Shown: piece after piece, positions 1 to 8,218 of the stretch
How the letters are laid out: every line of letters begins with the position of its first letter
Numbering within the stretch: position 1 is the first letter of the stretch
Assembly: GCA_044226015.1 (NCBI GenBank)
Contig: JBGAHS010000002.1
Span: 723,434 to 787,433, forward strand
Direction: 5' to 3'
From: Candidatus Obscuribacteraceae bacterium
GTDB lineage: Bacteria > Cyanobacteriota > Vampirovibrionia > Obscuribacterales > Obscuribacteraceae
DNA: 64,000 nucleotides
Translations under genes and position numbers: made by a program
The notes under the pieces: generated by a model
Told to the model about the DNA's origin: nothing
The model's input: only the letters and a program-made list of their open reading frames with translations
Databases searched by the model: none

Positions 1-2
1 AA

Positions 3-1208
3 CTAAAAATCACACTACCAGAAGATCAAAATGCAAATGACGTTCTACCTTCAATATGGGCGCGAGCAAAGGTAGACCGCTTGATGTCAGAAGACTGGCG
101 TGGAGTCCAATACGGAACCTTCAAATCAGAATTGAAGGAAGAGGTCGAACAAACAGCTTTGAAATACCACATCATGAGCCAGTTCACGTCCTTCGTGGCC
201 GTAGAGGAAGACCGCAAGACAGCTGGCGGCGAGCCCGTGAAGATGGCGGTGCCGGTTGAATCACCCGAAGGGGTCAGCACCGATGCACTGCGCCAATCAG
301 CAGCATATAGACAGAAATCAATGAGCCCATTACCCAGGGCACAGTACTCAATGGGTCAAGCAGGCACCAGGTACGGTGCAAGAGCTGCGGGCGGCGGAGG
401 CGGCGGCGGGGGCAACGGATGGAGCAGCGGACCAGTAGGATTCAACGGATCATCAGGAGCAGCCAGTCAAAGCTACGGCTTGCCAATGCCAACACCATCA
501 TCCGTAACCACGAAAAGAAGTGCTTCGTTTCAACATTACAATCACTATGAAGTGCATCCAAGTATGCAAAGCCGCGGCATGATGTTGCCACAGACAGCGA
601 TGGGCAATTTCGTGGCGTCGCCAGGAAATTCCACGTCGGCATACGGAGCCTCAGGCTCTGCCAATTCAGCGCCGAGCGCATCACCTATGTTCTCTAGGGA
701 ACGAAGCCAAAGTGCACCTTCATGGTATTCAAATGCAAAGCAGCCAATGCCAACCCCACCATCGGCAAGCTCGTCCCAGAATAAACCCAAGCTCTCCATT
801 AATGAGGAGCGGCCGATCGTTCGTGATTTTAGAGAGATGCAAACTGAAACGAAATCGGACAAAGGCAAAGGTCGCCTCAGCAAAGACAAAGAACAATTTG
901 CACAATCACAAGCCGAAGATGACAAAACACAAGTAGACCGACCGCTTCCTGCACGATCCAAAATAGACTCAAAATTGCAAGATGCCATTGGTCGAAAGCT
1001 AAAGCATCCCAATGAATCGCAAACGCTTAGAATCAAAATCGTTCTTTCCAACAGCCCTGGCTCTGATTTCCTGGACAAACTAAATAAAGCAGGTCTAAAA
1101 ATAGACAAACGAGAAGGGAAAAATCTAATTGGAAATATCGATGCGAAGTTAATTCAGAAACTCTTAGAGTTTCCAGAAATACAAGCATTATTTCTGGCGA
1201 GCAAGTAG
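3..1208 (+). CDS. VIT/VWA-domain (inter-alpha-trypsin-inhibitor-like) protein, 5'-truncated by window edge
   Basis: The frame is open from the window start. LPSIWARAKVDRL...ALKYHIMSQFTSFVAVEE is the typical C-terminal signature of bacterial VIT-VWA proteins. A Gly/Ser/Pro-rich low-complexity tail follows. Confidence 0.75.
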   Translation, partial: LKITLPEDQNANDVLPSIWARAKVDRLMSEDWRGVQYGTFKSELKEEVEQTALKYHIMSQFTSFVAVEEDRKTAGGEPVKMAVPVESPEGVSTDALRQSAAYRQKSMSPLPRAQYSMGQAGTRYGARAAGGGGGGGGNGWSSGPVGFNGSSGAASQSYGLPMPTPSSVTTKRSASFQHYNHYEVHPSMQSRGMMLPQTAMGNFVASPGNSTSAYGASGSANSAPSASPMFSRERSQSAPSWYSNAKQPMPTPPSASSSQNKPKLSINEERPIVRDFREMQTETKSDKGKGRLSKDKEQFAQSQAEDDKTQVDRPLPARSKIDSKLQDAIGRKLKHPNESQTLRIKIVLSNSPGSDFLDKLNKAGLKIDKREGKNLIGNIDAKLIQKLLEFPEIQALFLASK

Positions 1209-1251
1209 CACTGAGCCTGACCAAAGAGTTGCTATTGCTGGCGATCTCGTC

Positions 1252-1488
1252 CTAGTCCTTTTTTGGCAAAGCGTTCACTTTTTGCCGAATGGATTCTAGT
1301 TCAGATACACGATGCGCATTAACAACTGCCTCTTCAGCACTTTGTGCCTTTGGTGCCCATTTGAATTGTGACAGATACTGTGGAATCACGTTTAAATACC
1401 AATAACCAAACAAGAAAAAAGCACCCATAATCAGACTACCGCGTAGAATCATTTGGGTCACCGACAGTTGTGTTTTACGCTCATTCAT
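1252..1488 (-). CDS. small single-TM hypothetical protein
   Basis: 78-aa ORF with one hydrophobic segment (ILRGSLIMGAFFLFGYWYL), co-oriented downstream of the TPR gene. Confidence 0.55.
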   Translation of the reverse strand: MNERKTQLSVTQMILRGSLIMGAFFLFGYWYLNVIPQYLSQFKWAPKAQSAEEAVVNAHRVSELESIRQKVNALPKKD

Positions 1489-1523
1489 AATATACCCTTC
1501 AGTTGCATAACACGTCAGAATAT

Positions 1524-2846
1524 TTATTTAGACTCCTGCACTCCAAGATCATTCGGTATCATTCTCGTTGATGCACCTATAAGAAATGGAATATAACACT
1601 TTTTAGTGGCTTTTTTTTGGTCCTGCCGGGCTTGTACAGATCGTCCCAAATGTTTGAAAACGATCGCTCTCATTTCAAGCAATTCCTTTCTTTCTCCAGC
1701 ATCTGCAATTACTATATTCAGGTCAGAAAGGGCGGCACCCCAGCGCTTTTCTGCGATTTCAGCGGACGCACGTCCCTCGTAAGCTTCAAATTTTTCATTC
1801 GCTGAAAGTTCGGATTGGGCTTTTAACACGGACGAGAAGTCAGATCTCGCTTCACCGTAATGCTCCAAGCTTAACTGGAGTCTTGCGCGCTCTAATAGCA
1901 GCGTGTGATCAGTACCAGGTAACAAGTCAATCGTCGCAGTTAAGTCACTTACGGCCCCTAATGGATCACTTAACTTGATTCGCAACTGCGCCCTCTCATA
2001 AAGTACGTTGACGGCTCTTGGAGCTAGCTCTAAGCACTTTGAATAGTCTTGCAAAGCCTGTTGATCGTAATGCAATACAGTTTGTTCAGAAGCGGATGCT
2101 CTTTCTTTGCTCACCGCATCAAATGGATACCCATGGGCAACGCTCGGGCAATCAATTATGTAGTTACGTTTGAGTTCTAACAACTTTTCACGCGCAGCCT
2201 GCGAATTGCAATCAGCTTCTAAAGCAAGAGCAAATTGCTCGGCTCCGGTTACGTAGCGCAGCGTCCCACACAATTGCGTTCCGTAGGCAATATGGGCAAA
2301 GCAAAGATTCTCCAGCAATATCTTGTTTTGCGGCTCTCTAATGCACGCCATTCGATGCAACTCGATTGCCTTCTTCCACTCATTGTTTAATCCACTCTTT
2401 ATAGCTCTATTATTGATCTCAACAACCGTTGCATTTGTAATTGAGAGATTCGCCAATTTCTGAGCCAACATTTCTTTTGCACGAGCGCGATAGAAATATG
2501 CAAGAGGAAATTCGGAATTCAGACTTATACATTTATCGTAATCTGCAATCGCCCTTTCAATTTGTTGCGTGCTTAGCAAAAGCTCTCCACGCTGCAGATA
2601 GAGGTTTTCATTAGATGGATCGTGCTCAATCTTCTTGCTGATAGCATCAACTTTCATCAGAATTGGTTTCATGTAATCAAGGCAAATGCGTTTCTTGCTA
2701 ATGGGTTTCTTAGCAAAACTGACAGTCCGCTTGGCTTGCGCTTCCCGAATTGTGACCGATGAAAACAAAAATAACAAAACGAAGAAACCTAACAATGACC
2801 ATCGAATTGGTCGATTGGTTAGTTCAATTGGAGTAAACTGTGTCAT
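1524..2846 (-). CDS. exported/membrane-anchored TPR repeat protein
   Basis: N-terminal hydrophobic segment and multiple TPR motifs (LYLQRGELL...AIADYDKCISLN; ALQDYSKCLELAP). Start moved to the Met at 2846 to avoid overlap with the upstream gene. Confidence 0.8.
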   Translation of the reverse strand: MTQFTPIELTNRPIRWSLLGFFVLLFLFSSVTIREAQAKRTVSFAKKPISKKRICLDYMKPILMKVDAISKKIEHDPSNENLYLQRGELLLSTQQIERAIADYDKCISLNSEFPLAYFYRARAKEMLAQKLANLSITNATVVEINNRAIKSGLNNEWKKAIELHRMACIREPQNKILLENLCFAHIAYGTQLCGTLRYVTGAEQFALALEADCNSQAAREKLLELKRNYIIDCPSVAHGYPFDAVSKERASASEQTVLHYDQQALQDYSKCLELAPRAVNVLYERAQLRIKLSDPLGAVSDLTATIDLLPGTDHTLLLERARLQLSLEHYGEARSDFSSVLKAQSELSANEKFEAYEGRASAEIAEKRWGAALSDLNIVIADAGERKELLEMRAIVFKHLGRSVQARQDQKKATKKCYIPFLIGASTRMIPNDLGVQESK

Positions 2847-2895
2847 GGTAAATTCGTAAGCACCCGTTAAAAAAATGGTTTCCTTTTCGACTGTT

Positions 2896-3987
2896 CTAAT
2901 CTGGTAAGTGAATGACGTAATCAACATCTCGATTCGTTTCTCTGTTAAGCCGAACTAGAAAACGTTGGTGGCTCATGTCAGTGCCACTAGTCGCAGAATT
3001 TACAAGATCGGACATCGACCTTATTCTGGAGCTTCGAGCATCGTTGCTTGAGAAACCTACCACAACCGAGTCGCGATGGTATTTCTCAGCAAGAACTTGA
3101 TTTAGGCGATTATTTTTTGGTGAATACCCACCATGATTTTCGCCAGCCAAAACAGCCATTCTAGCCCCAGGAGATTCAGAAAGAGTTCTGTCGATAACTT
3201 CAGCCCAGTTCTTGTTCCTGGTGCCTAATGTATGTGCGCCTTCATCCGAGCCTTCAGTAGCATAGTAGGATGGTGATTCGAGAGCTACAACGCGAATACC
3301 AAGTTTTTTTGCTTGATCAATCACTCCCATGTATTTTTCTTCCATGCCGGGATTCCAATACTCCTTGAAATGATCGTAGAGGCGCTGTCTTGATGCATTA
3401 ACCTGCTCAGCCGAAGAATTTGGATCTAGAAATTGATCAATGGCAGGTTGAAGGTTTGTAGGTAACATCTCTAGCCCGATGTGCGAAACATGAAGTTGTT
3501 CCATATTTGCAATAAGTTCATCCTTAATGACACCACTTCCATGGCGCTCACCAAAAAACAGAACCGATTTGTCGGAAGGAAATATTTTCGACCAATCAAC
3601 ATCGCTACGAGTGCCTGGTTCTTTTAAGGACTTGCGGATATTTTCCACCTCGGCATGGAAGCTCGGACCCTGGCCGCTCCATGCAATCGGTTTGTCTATA
3701 GGTATCGTTGCTGGTTGCGATAAACTCCTTTCTGGCGCTGCCGCATCGTTTGAATCGTTCTTGTTTTTGGGTTCACCATCACGGTGAGATGCATCGGTCA
3801 ACTCCACCGATGGCAGGTGATCGTTGGCTGAGTCAGAATTGTTAGCTGTTGGCAAAGTGACTGGCTTTTCTTCAGGGGAAATTGCATAAACGTCCGCACG
3901 AAGACGGTCACTAGCGCGATCGATGTCCTTCGCTGGCTTTGCTTCATCGTGATCTACTGCGTGATCGCGCCCAAGACTTTTACTCAT
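2896..3987 (-). CDS. EreA/ChaN/TIKI-superfamily domain protein (RRSP / PMT-C2-like) with disordered N-terminus
   Basis: Motifs VLFFGERHG, HIGLEML, AKKLGIRVVALE, RNKNWA and LAGENH match the order of conserved motifs in the ChaN/EreA/RRSP fold. No Sec signal peptide. Confidence 0.6.
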   Translation of the reverse strand: MSKSLGRDHAVDHDEAKPAKDIDRASDRLRADVYAISPEEKPVTLPTANNSDSANDHLPSVELTDASHRDGEPKNKNDSNDAAAPERSLSQPATIPIDKPIAWSGQGPSFHAEVENIRKSLKEPGTRSDVDWSKIFPSDKSVLFFGERHGSGVIKDELIANMEQLHVSHIGLEMLPTNLQPAIDQFLDPNSSAEQVNASRQRLYDHFKEYWNPGMEEKYMGVIDQAKKLGIRVVALESPSYYATEGSDEGAHTLGTRNKNWAEVIDRTLSESPGARMAVLAGENHGGYSPKNNRLNQVLAEKYHRDSVVVGFSSNDARSSRIRSMSDLVNSATSGTDMSHQRFLVRLNRETNRDVDYVIHLPD

Positions 3988-4063
3988 AACTGCCCATTTA
4001 CTAAGTTAGGCATGAGCATAGTTGCAGTGGCATAAAAAATGCGTGAAAAATTAGGGTGCGGCG

Positions 4064-5368
4064 TCAAGCCTGACTTTTTGCTTTGACTTCTTCGATGACC
4101 ACCGCCACTTTTTCTTGCGACCATGAATCTAATCTAGTTGTGAAAAATGCGGCAAGCATCAAGGCAAGAACACCAGTAAGAGATAGAGTATGACCGACTC
4201 CTATGACATTTGCCAGAGCGCCAGCGCCTATGCAACCGAAGGGAGCCATCCCCATCATAGCCATAACGAAAATGCTCATGACCCTTCCACGCTTATCTTT
4301 ATCAACAATTGTTTGAATCAGCGTATTACTACCCGCCATAACGAACATGCTGCCGAACCCCATCACCGCCAGTAGTGGCAATGACAAGAACATACTTGTC
4401 GAAAATCCCATTGCAAGTAGTCCCAAGCCTGTCAGTGCGCAGCCACTCAACACCCATTTTGCAAGATTTCCCTTGGCTTTACGAGCTGCAAGCATAACCG
4501 CAGCTCCAACTGAGCCCACACCGGAAGCAGCATTCATGAAACCGAGAATTGCAGCATTTCCATGAAAGACATCCTTAACATATGCTGGAAGCAAAACAAT
4601 AAATGGCATTGCAACAAGACCAAATAATCCAACAAGCATAATCAGGTCTCGTATTGGAGCAGTAGCAAAAGCATACCTGAAGCCTTCCTTCAGCTCGTCA
4701 GTTGGTCTACCAGTTTTCTTAGCAGCATCGACCTGGTAAGACTTGATGAGAAACAATGCAGCGATAACGGCAACATAGCTGAGCGCATTGAGTAGAAAAC
4801 AAATTCCTTCCCCAGTCCAGGCAACCATAAGACCAGCAACGAAGGGACCCACCAGTCGACTCAAAGTTGTAATTGAAGAGTTGACCCCAATGACCATCGG
4901 TAATTGCGTGTGGTCTTTCAGCATGTCGACAATGAAAGTTTGGCGCGCCGGCATATCAAAAGCTGTTATTACACCAAGAATTGCACTTAAGACAATCAAT
5001 TCCCACAACTGTGCCTGTCCAGTCAGAACCAACACAGACAGCACTGCAGCCTGAATAAGGGCAGCGACTTGCGTGACAATCAGCAGTTTATGCCTATTTG
5101 ACCGATCGATCACAGTGCCGGCAAATGGCGTCACCAGCAATGATGGAACCTGGCTGGCAAATCCTATCAAACCAAGCATTAGAGGTGAGTTTGTAAGACG
5201 ATAGATCAGCCAGCTCATCGCCATTTGCTGCATAAACGAACCAGTCATAGAAATGATCTGTCCGCCGAAGTAGAGCAAGAGGTTGCGATTACTGAGCACC
5301 GGGTGGCTTTTGCTTGAAGTTTGCGGCTCCATTTTTAGCTCTTCCACTGCACTGCTTACTACGGACAT
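4064..5368 (-). CDS. MFS transporter (DHA3/MFS_3-like)
   Basis: About 12 hydrophobic helices, GTVIDRSNRHK motif A, FDMPARQTF and DKRGRVMS. RBS GAGGAG precedes the ATG at 5368. Confidence 0.9.
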   Translation of the reverse strand: MSVVSSAVEELKMEPQTSSKSHPVLSNRNLLLYFGGQIISMTGSFMQQMAMSWLIYRLTNSPLMLGLIGFASQVPSLLVTPFAGTVIDRSNRHKLLIVTQVAALIQAAVLSVLVLTGQAQLWELIVLSAILGVITAFDMPARQTFIVDMLKDHTQLPMVIGVNSSITTLSRLVGPFVAGLMVAWTGEGICFLLNALSYVAVIAALFLIKSYQVDAAKKTGRPTDELKEGFRYAFATAPIRDLIMLVGLFGLVAMPFIVLLPAYVKDVFHGNAAILGFMNAASGVGSVGAAVMLAARKAKGNLAKWVLSGCALTGLGLLAMGFSTSMFLSLPLLAVMGFGSMFVMAGSNTLIQTIVDKDKRGRVMSIFVMAMMGMAPFGCIGAGALANVIGVGHTLSLTGVLALMLAAFFTTRLDSWSQEKVAVVIEEVKAKSQA

Positions 5369-5397
5369 TATAACGACTCCTCGAACCATACTTCTAT

Positions 5398-5424
5398 AAT
5401 GAATGAATTCATTCATTCTGTCAA
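5398..5424 (-). promoter_or_regulatory. TetR operator (perfect 20-bp palindrome) within the MFS promoter
   Basis: AATGAATGAATTCATTCATT (5398-5417) is its own reverse complement and lies just downstream of a minus-strand TTGACA (5419-5424). A related site ATGAATTCGTTCA overlaps the TATAAT (5509-5514) upstream of tetR. Confidence 0.75.
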
Positions 5425-5545
5425 GCATCTCTAAACTTCAACTAGCATAAAAACTCATTTCCTGCCATCGATTATAGATTTTGCAGGGGAAAAGATACCA
5501 GAACAGAGTATAATGAATTCGTTCAGCTAATTCGAGACAAATCCC

Positions 5546-6142
5546 GTGGCGCGCACCCTGGACGAAAACAAAAGAACAGCGATTTTAGAAGCTGCAAAGT
5601 CCGTTTTCTTGACCGTTGGGTATGCTGACGCCAAGATTTCGGAGATTGCTGCTGCGGCTGGAGTCGCTGCAGGAACGCTTTATCTCTACTACGATTCCAA
5701 GGAAGCACTGGCCAGCGCAATCGGTGAGTCATTCTTTGCACGATTGAGTAAGCAGTTCGGTCTTGTAGTAAAAAAAATCAAGGGTCCGGAGACCATAGAA
5801 ACATTTGTCGACTGGGCACTCTCGATTTCTGAGCAGGAAAAAGACGTTCTTGCGATTGCACGAGAATATCAGCACAGCAGCAAGAGAAAAGATTCCTCAA
5901 GGAAATTGCTGGTCAATCAGCTTGCTGATGTTTTCAAAGAAGGAATGGAACGCAAGGAGATCCGCAGCTTTAGCGATGCAGAAGCCCTTGCAGAAGTCGT
6001 ATTAGCCGTGATTCGGCGGCTGTTTATGTCACAAGCTCTTTTCAAAGATGAGAACAAAGCTGCCTTGAGGCAGGTCGCAACTCAGATGCTCAAACATGCT
6101 CTGTTTGAAGATGCATACCTTCAGTCGAGAGAAAAGCTCTGA
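5546..6142 (+). CDS. TetR/AcrR family transcriptional regulator
   Basis: N-terminal HTH ILEAAKSVFLTVGYADAKISEIAAAAGVAAGTLYLYYDSKEAL; divergent from the MFS gene. Confidence 0.93.
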   Translation: MARTLDENKRTAILEAAKSVFLTVGYADAKISEIAAAAGVAAGTLYLYYDSKEALASAIGESFFARLSKQFGLVVKKIKGPETIETFVDWALSISEQEKDVLAIAREYQHSSKRKDSSRKLLVNQLADVFKEGMERKEIRSFSDAEALAEVVLAVIRRLFMSQALFKDENKAALRQVATQMLKHALFEDAYLQSREKL

Positions 6143-6180
6143 GCACAATCGGCTCAGCATTGTAGCTCAGTTCAAGGCGT

Positions 6181-6317
6181 AGCTCAGGGCTAAGCGTTGC
6201 GGACCAGCCCAGGGATGAGCATTGCAGAACAGCCCATAGCACAGTGTTGCGGACCGACTCAGGGATCAGCATTGCAGAACAGCTCAAACCCAGCGTTGCG
6301 GAAAAGCTCAGGGCTCA
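6181..6317. repeat. degenerate 25-bp tandem repeat, ~5.5 units
   Basis: Units start at 6181, 6206, 6231, 6256, 6281 and 6305 (AGCTCAGGGCTAAGCGTTGCGGACC-like). The last partial unit ends in the stop codon of the 6315-7490 gene. Confidence 0.8.
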
Positions 6318-7490
6318 TGGTTTCTTCGCAGCATCAATATTGTCGTTATAGGCGTTGAAGAGTTTCACGAACTCCGCTGAAGCATCAAACTGGGTGTACT
6401 TCTCCTGCGCATTTGTGCGAGCACCTCGCAGCGGACCAGGATAGCTATGCTTCGCTTCAACCAAATTAAAAACAGTCAATCGCAGCGGGTCGCCACTAGA
6501 TGTGGTGCTTCTATACTCTTTGACATAATCTTTGGTTTTCTCTTTAGCGGGAGTTGCCAGTTTCCAATTGCTCTCAGCGTGAGCGGTGCCTTTCGGAAAC
6601 AAATTTGCAGCATAAAACTTCTCTTGCAAAAGCGGGTTTTGGTCTATGTTATTGATCGCGGCCAATGGACTTGCCTTTTCAACAACATCATTGCGTCCGA
6701 CAGAACGCAAAATCTCAGCAAGAACAGACTGCCTGCGATACTTCCAACTTCCTGTAATCGGCAACGTTATTTTGTCTCCAAGGAGATTTATAACAGCTAC
6801 ATTGTGTGCGTTTCCAGGCTTCAATTCATATTTGTATGCTGTGGACATGGTTGAACCGACCAGACCAATCGACGGAAACAAATTCGCCTCTTTGGAGACA
6901 AGCGCATTTAGAAATGGACCGCCCTGAGACCAGGCAATGGCACCCCAGGTTTTGTGAGATTCGTCAACGTTAGCAATCTTTGGCACAAGGTCTGCTACTG
7001 ATTTGACGAACTTCATATCGTCATAGCCGGCAAAAGCCTGGTCTTCTTTATTCAAAAGCGAGCCTTCAGCATTCCAGGCAAAAGCTTGCTGCTTGGAATA
7101 CTTGCCCAAATAGTGCTTCAGGGGAAGGGGATAAACAGCCACAAAGCTATGTTTAGGGTCATCAGCTAACTGGTTCATTCCTGACTCTTTGGCAAAGTCT
7201 TTTATGTCCCACTGCGGCTGAGCTGAGCCCGCCAGAACAAACATGACAGGCAGAGACTTTGCATCAACATTAGCGGGAATGTGAATCTGAAACTCACGAC
7301 CATCTTTCATTTTCACGAGGTGATCGCCGGCCGAAAGCTTGCCCAGTGGCAGCTCTTTGCCTTCTGGTGTTAATTCAACTGCATGGGAAATTGCATCTTT
7401 TGTCAGAGCCTGGCGTGAACGCTCAGCCTCACTGTGCGGGGCAGGCTCAACAAAATTCTCTTTGGCTCTGTCTTCTAGAACAGCAATCAT
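6315..7490 (-). CDS. alpha/beta-hydrolase, PHB-depolymerase/LpqC-like esterase
   Basis: REFQIHIP, LPVMFVLAG, FVAVYP, AWNA, DDMKFV, nucleophile elbow AWSQGG and a C-terminal HSYPG. Confidence 0.7.
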   Translation of the reverse strand: MIAVLEDRAKENFVEPAPHSEAERSRQALTKDAISHAVELTPEGKELPLGKLSAGDHLVKMKDGREFQIHIPANVDAKSLPVMFVLAGSAQPQWDIKDFAKESGMNQLADDPKHSFVAVYPLPLKHYLGKYSKQQAFAWNAEGSLLNKEDQAFAGYDDMKFVKSVADLVPKIANVDESHKTWGAIAWSQGGPFLNALVSKEANLFPSIGLVGSTMSTAYKYELKPGNAHNVAVINLLGDKITLPITGSWKYRRQSVLAEILRSVGRNDVVEKASPLAAINNIDQNPLLQEKFYAANLFPKGTAHAESNWKLATPAKEKTKDYVKEYRSTTSSGDPLRLTVFNLVEAKHSYPGPLRGARTNAQEKYTQFDASAEFVKLFNAYNDNIDAAKKP

Positions 7491-7506
7491 AAATCACTAA
7501 ACGACC

Positions 7507-7596
7507 CTATATATGCGACTCTAATGAGCAATTGGCGAAATGCCAAGTTATAAAAGTTTCCCCTGCAATATTTTTCGTAAAAACATCACTGATGTT
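7507..7596 (+). repeat. direct repeat copy 1 (left island boundary)
   Basis: Matches 10927-11014: the first 57 nt differ at one position, and both copies end in AACATCACTGATGTT. Confidence 0.92.
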
Positions 7597-7924
7597 AGAA
7601 AGACTTTCATTTTCGAATCATGGGCGGCCTCCATAACAGCTCCATAACAGCTTTGACGTTAGCCGCTGGGAACACCGAAATATCTTCCGCAGTGGGTGTG
7701 CATGACCCGAACTAGATGGTCACAGTATCCATGCCATCAGTCTTGTAAATGTCGAATCGCTTTTTCCAGTAAGCAGCTTCGTGGTCGCCTTCAAATTGAA
7801 TAAATCCACCGCCGGATTAAATTGATCTGTATTCTAATTTTCTGATGAACCATAACCGTTTCACACTCCTTCCAAGAAAATTTCAACCTCTTCTGGGAAT
7901 ATTGAATGCGGTAGAGGACTTCGA

Positions 7925-8218
7925 GTGCCAAATCAGCCAAGCGACCACAACGAAAAAGAACGTCCCGAATCAAAAGCGGAACAGGCTGAGCAGCGCGCTG
8001 CGAAGTCAATCATGCGCCAGGAATCGCCTGAGGATCGCCAGGCGTTAGTCGACCGGCAAACCGAAGCCGCGGAGAAGGACAAGTCGATTCGGGCGATGAC
8101 CCCAGAGGCGGCTGCAACGCTTGCTAACGCGGCGAGAAAGTCGTTGGACCAGCGACACTTGCGCTTGGGTTCAGTCCCATCCTGGAGAAGACGAAGAAGG
8201 ATGGATCGAAATCTGTGA
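7925..8218 (+). pseudogene. N-terminal part of the toxin gene, separated from 8215-9663 by a 1-nt frameshift near 8126
   Basis: GAGG RBS before the GTG at 7925. Adding one A in CTTGCTAACGCGGC yields a continuous read ...AAATLAKRGEKVVGPATLALGFSPILEKTKKDGSKSVILPGRT.... Confidence 0.7.

Noticed and set aside
545..1108. Long antisense ORFs (e.g. 545-1108, 7933-8481, 14627-15199)
   Set aside because: They overlap well-supported genes on the opposite strand and have no motifs.
7585..7600. Integron attC/attI site at the island boundary
   Set aside because: GTTAGAA does not fit GTTRRRY, there is no paired RYYYAAC box, and no integrase is present.
7710..7815. Minus-strand gene remnant (GGFIQFEGDHEAAYWKKRFDIYKTDGMDTVTI)
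   Set aside because: Protein-like but short, with no start and no recognisable family; cannot be supported without a search.
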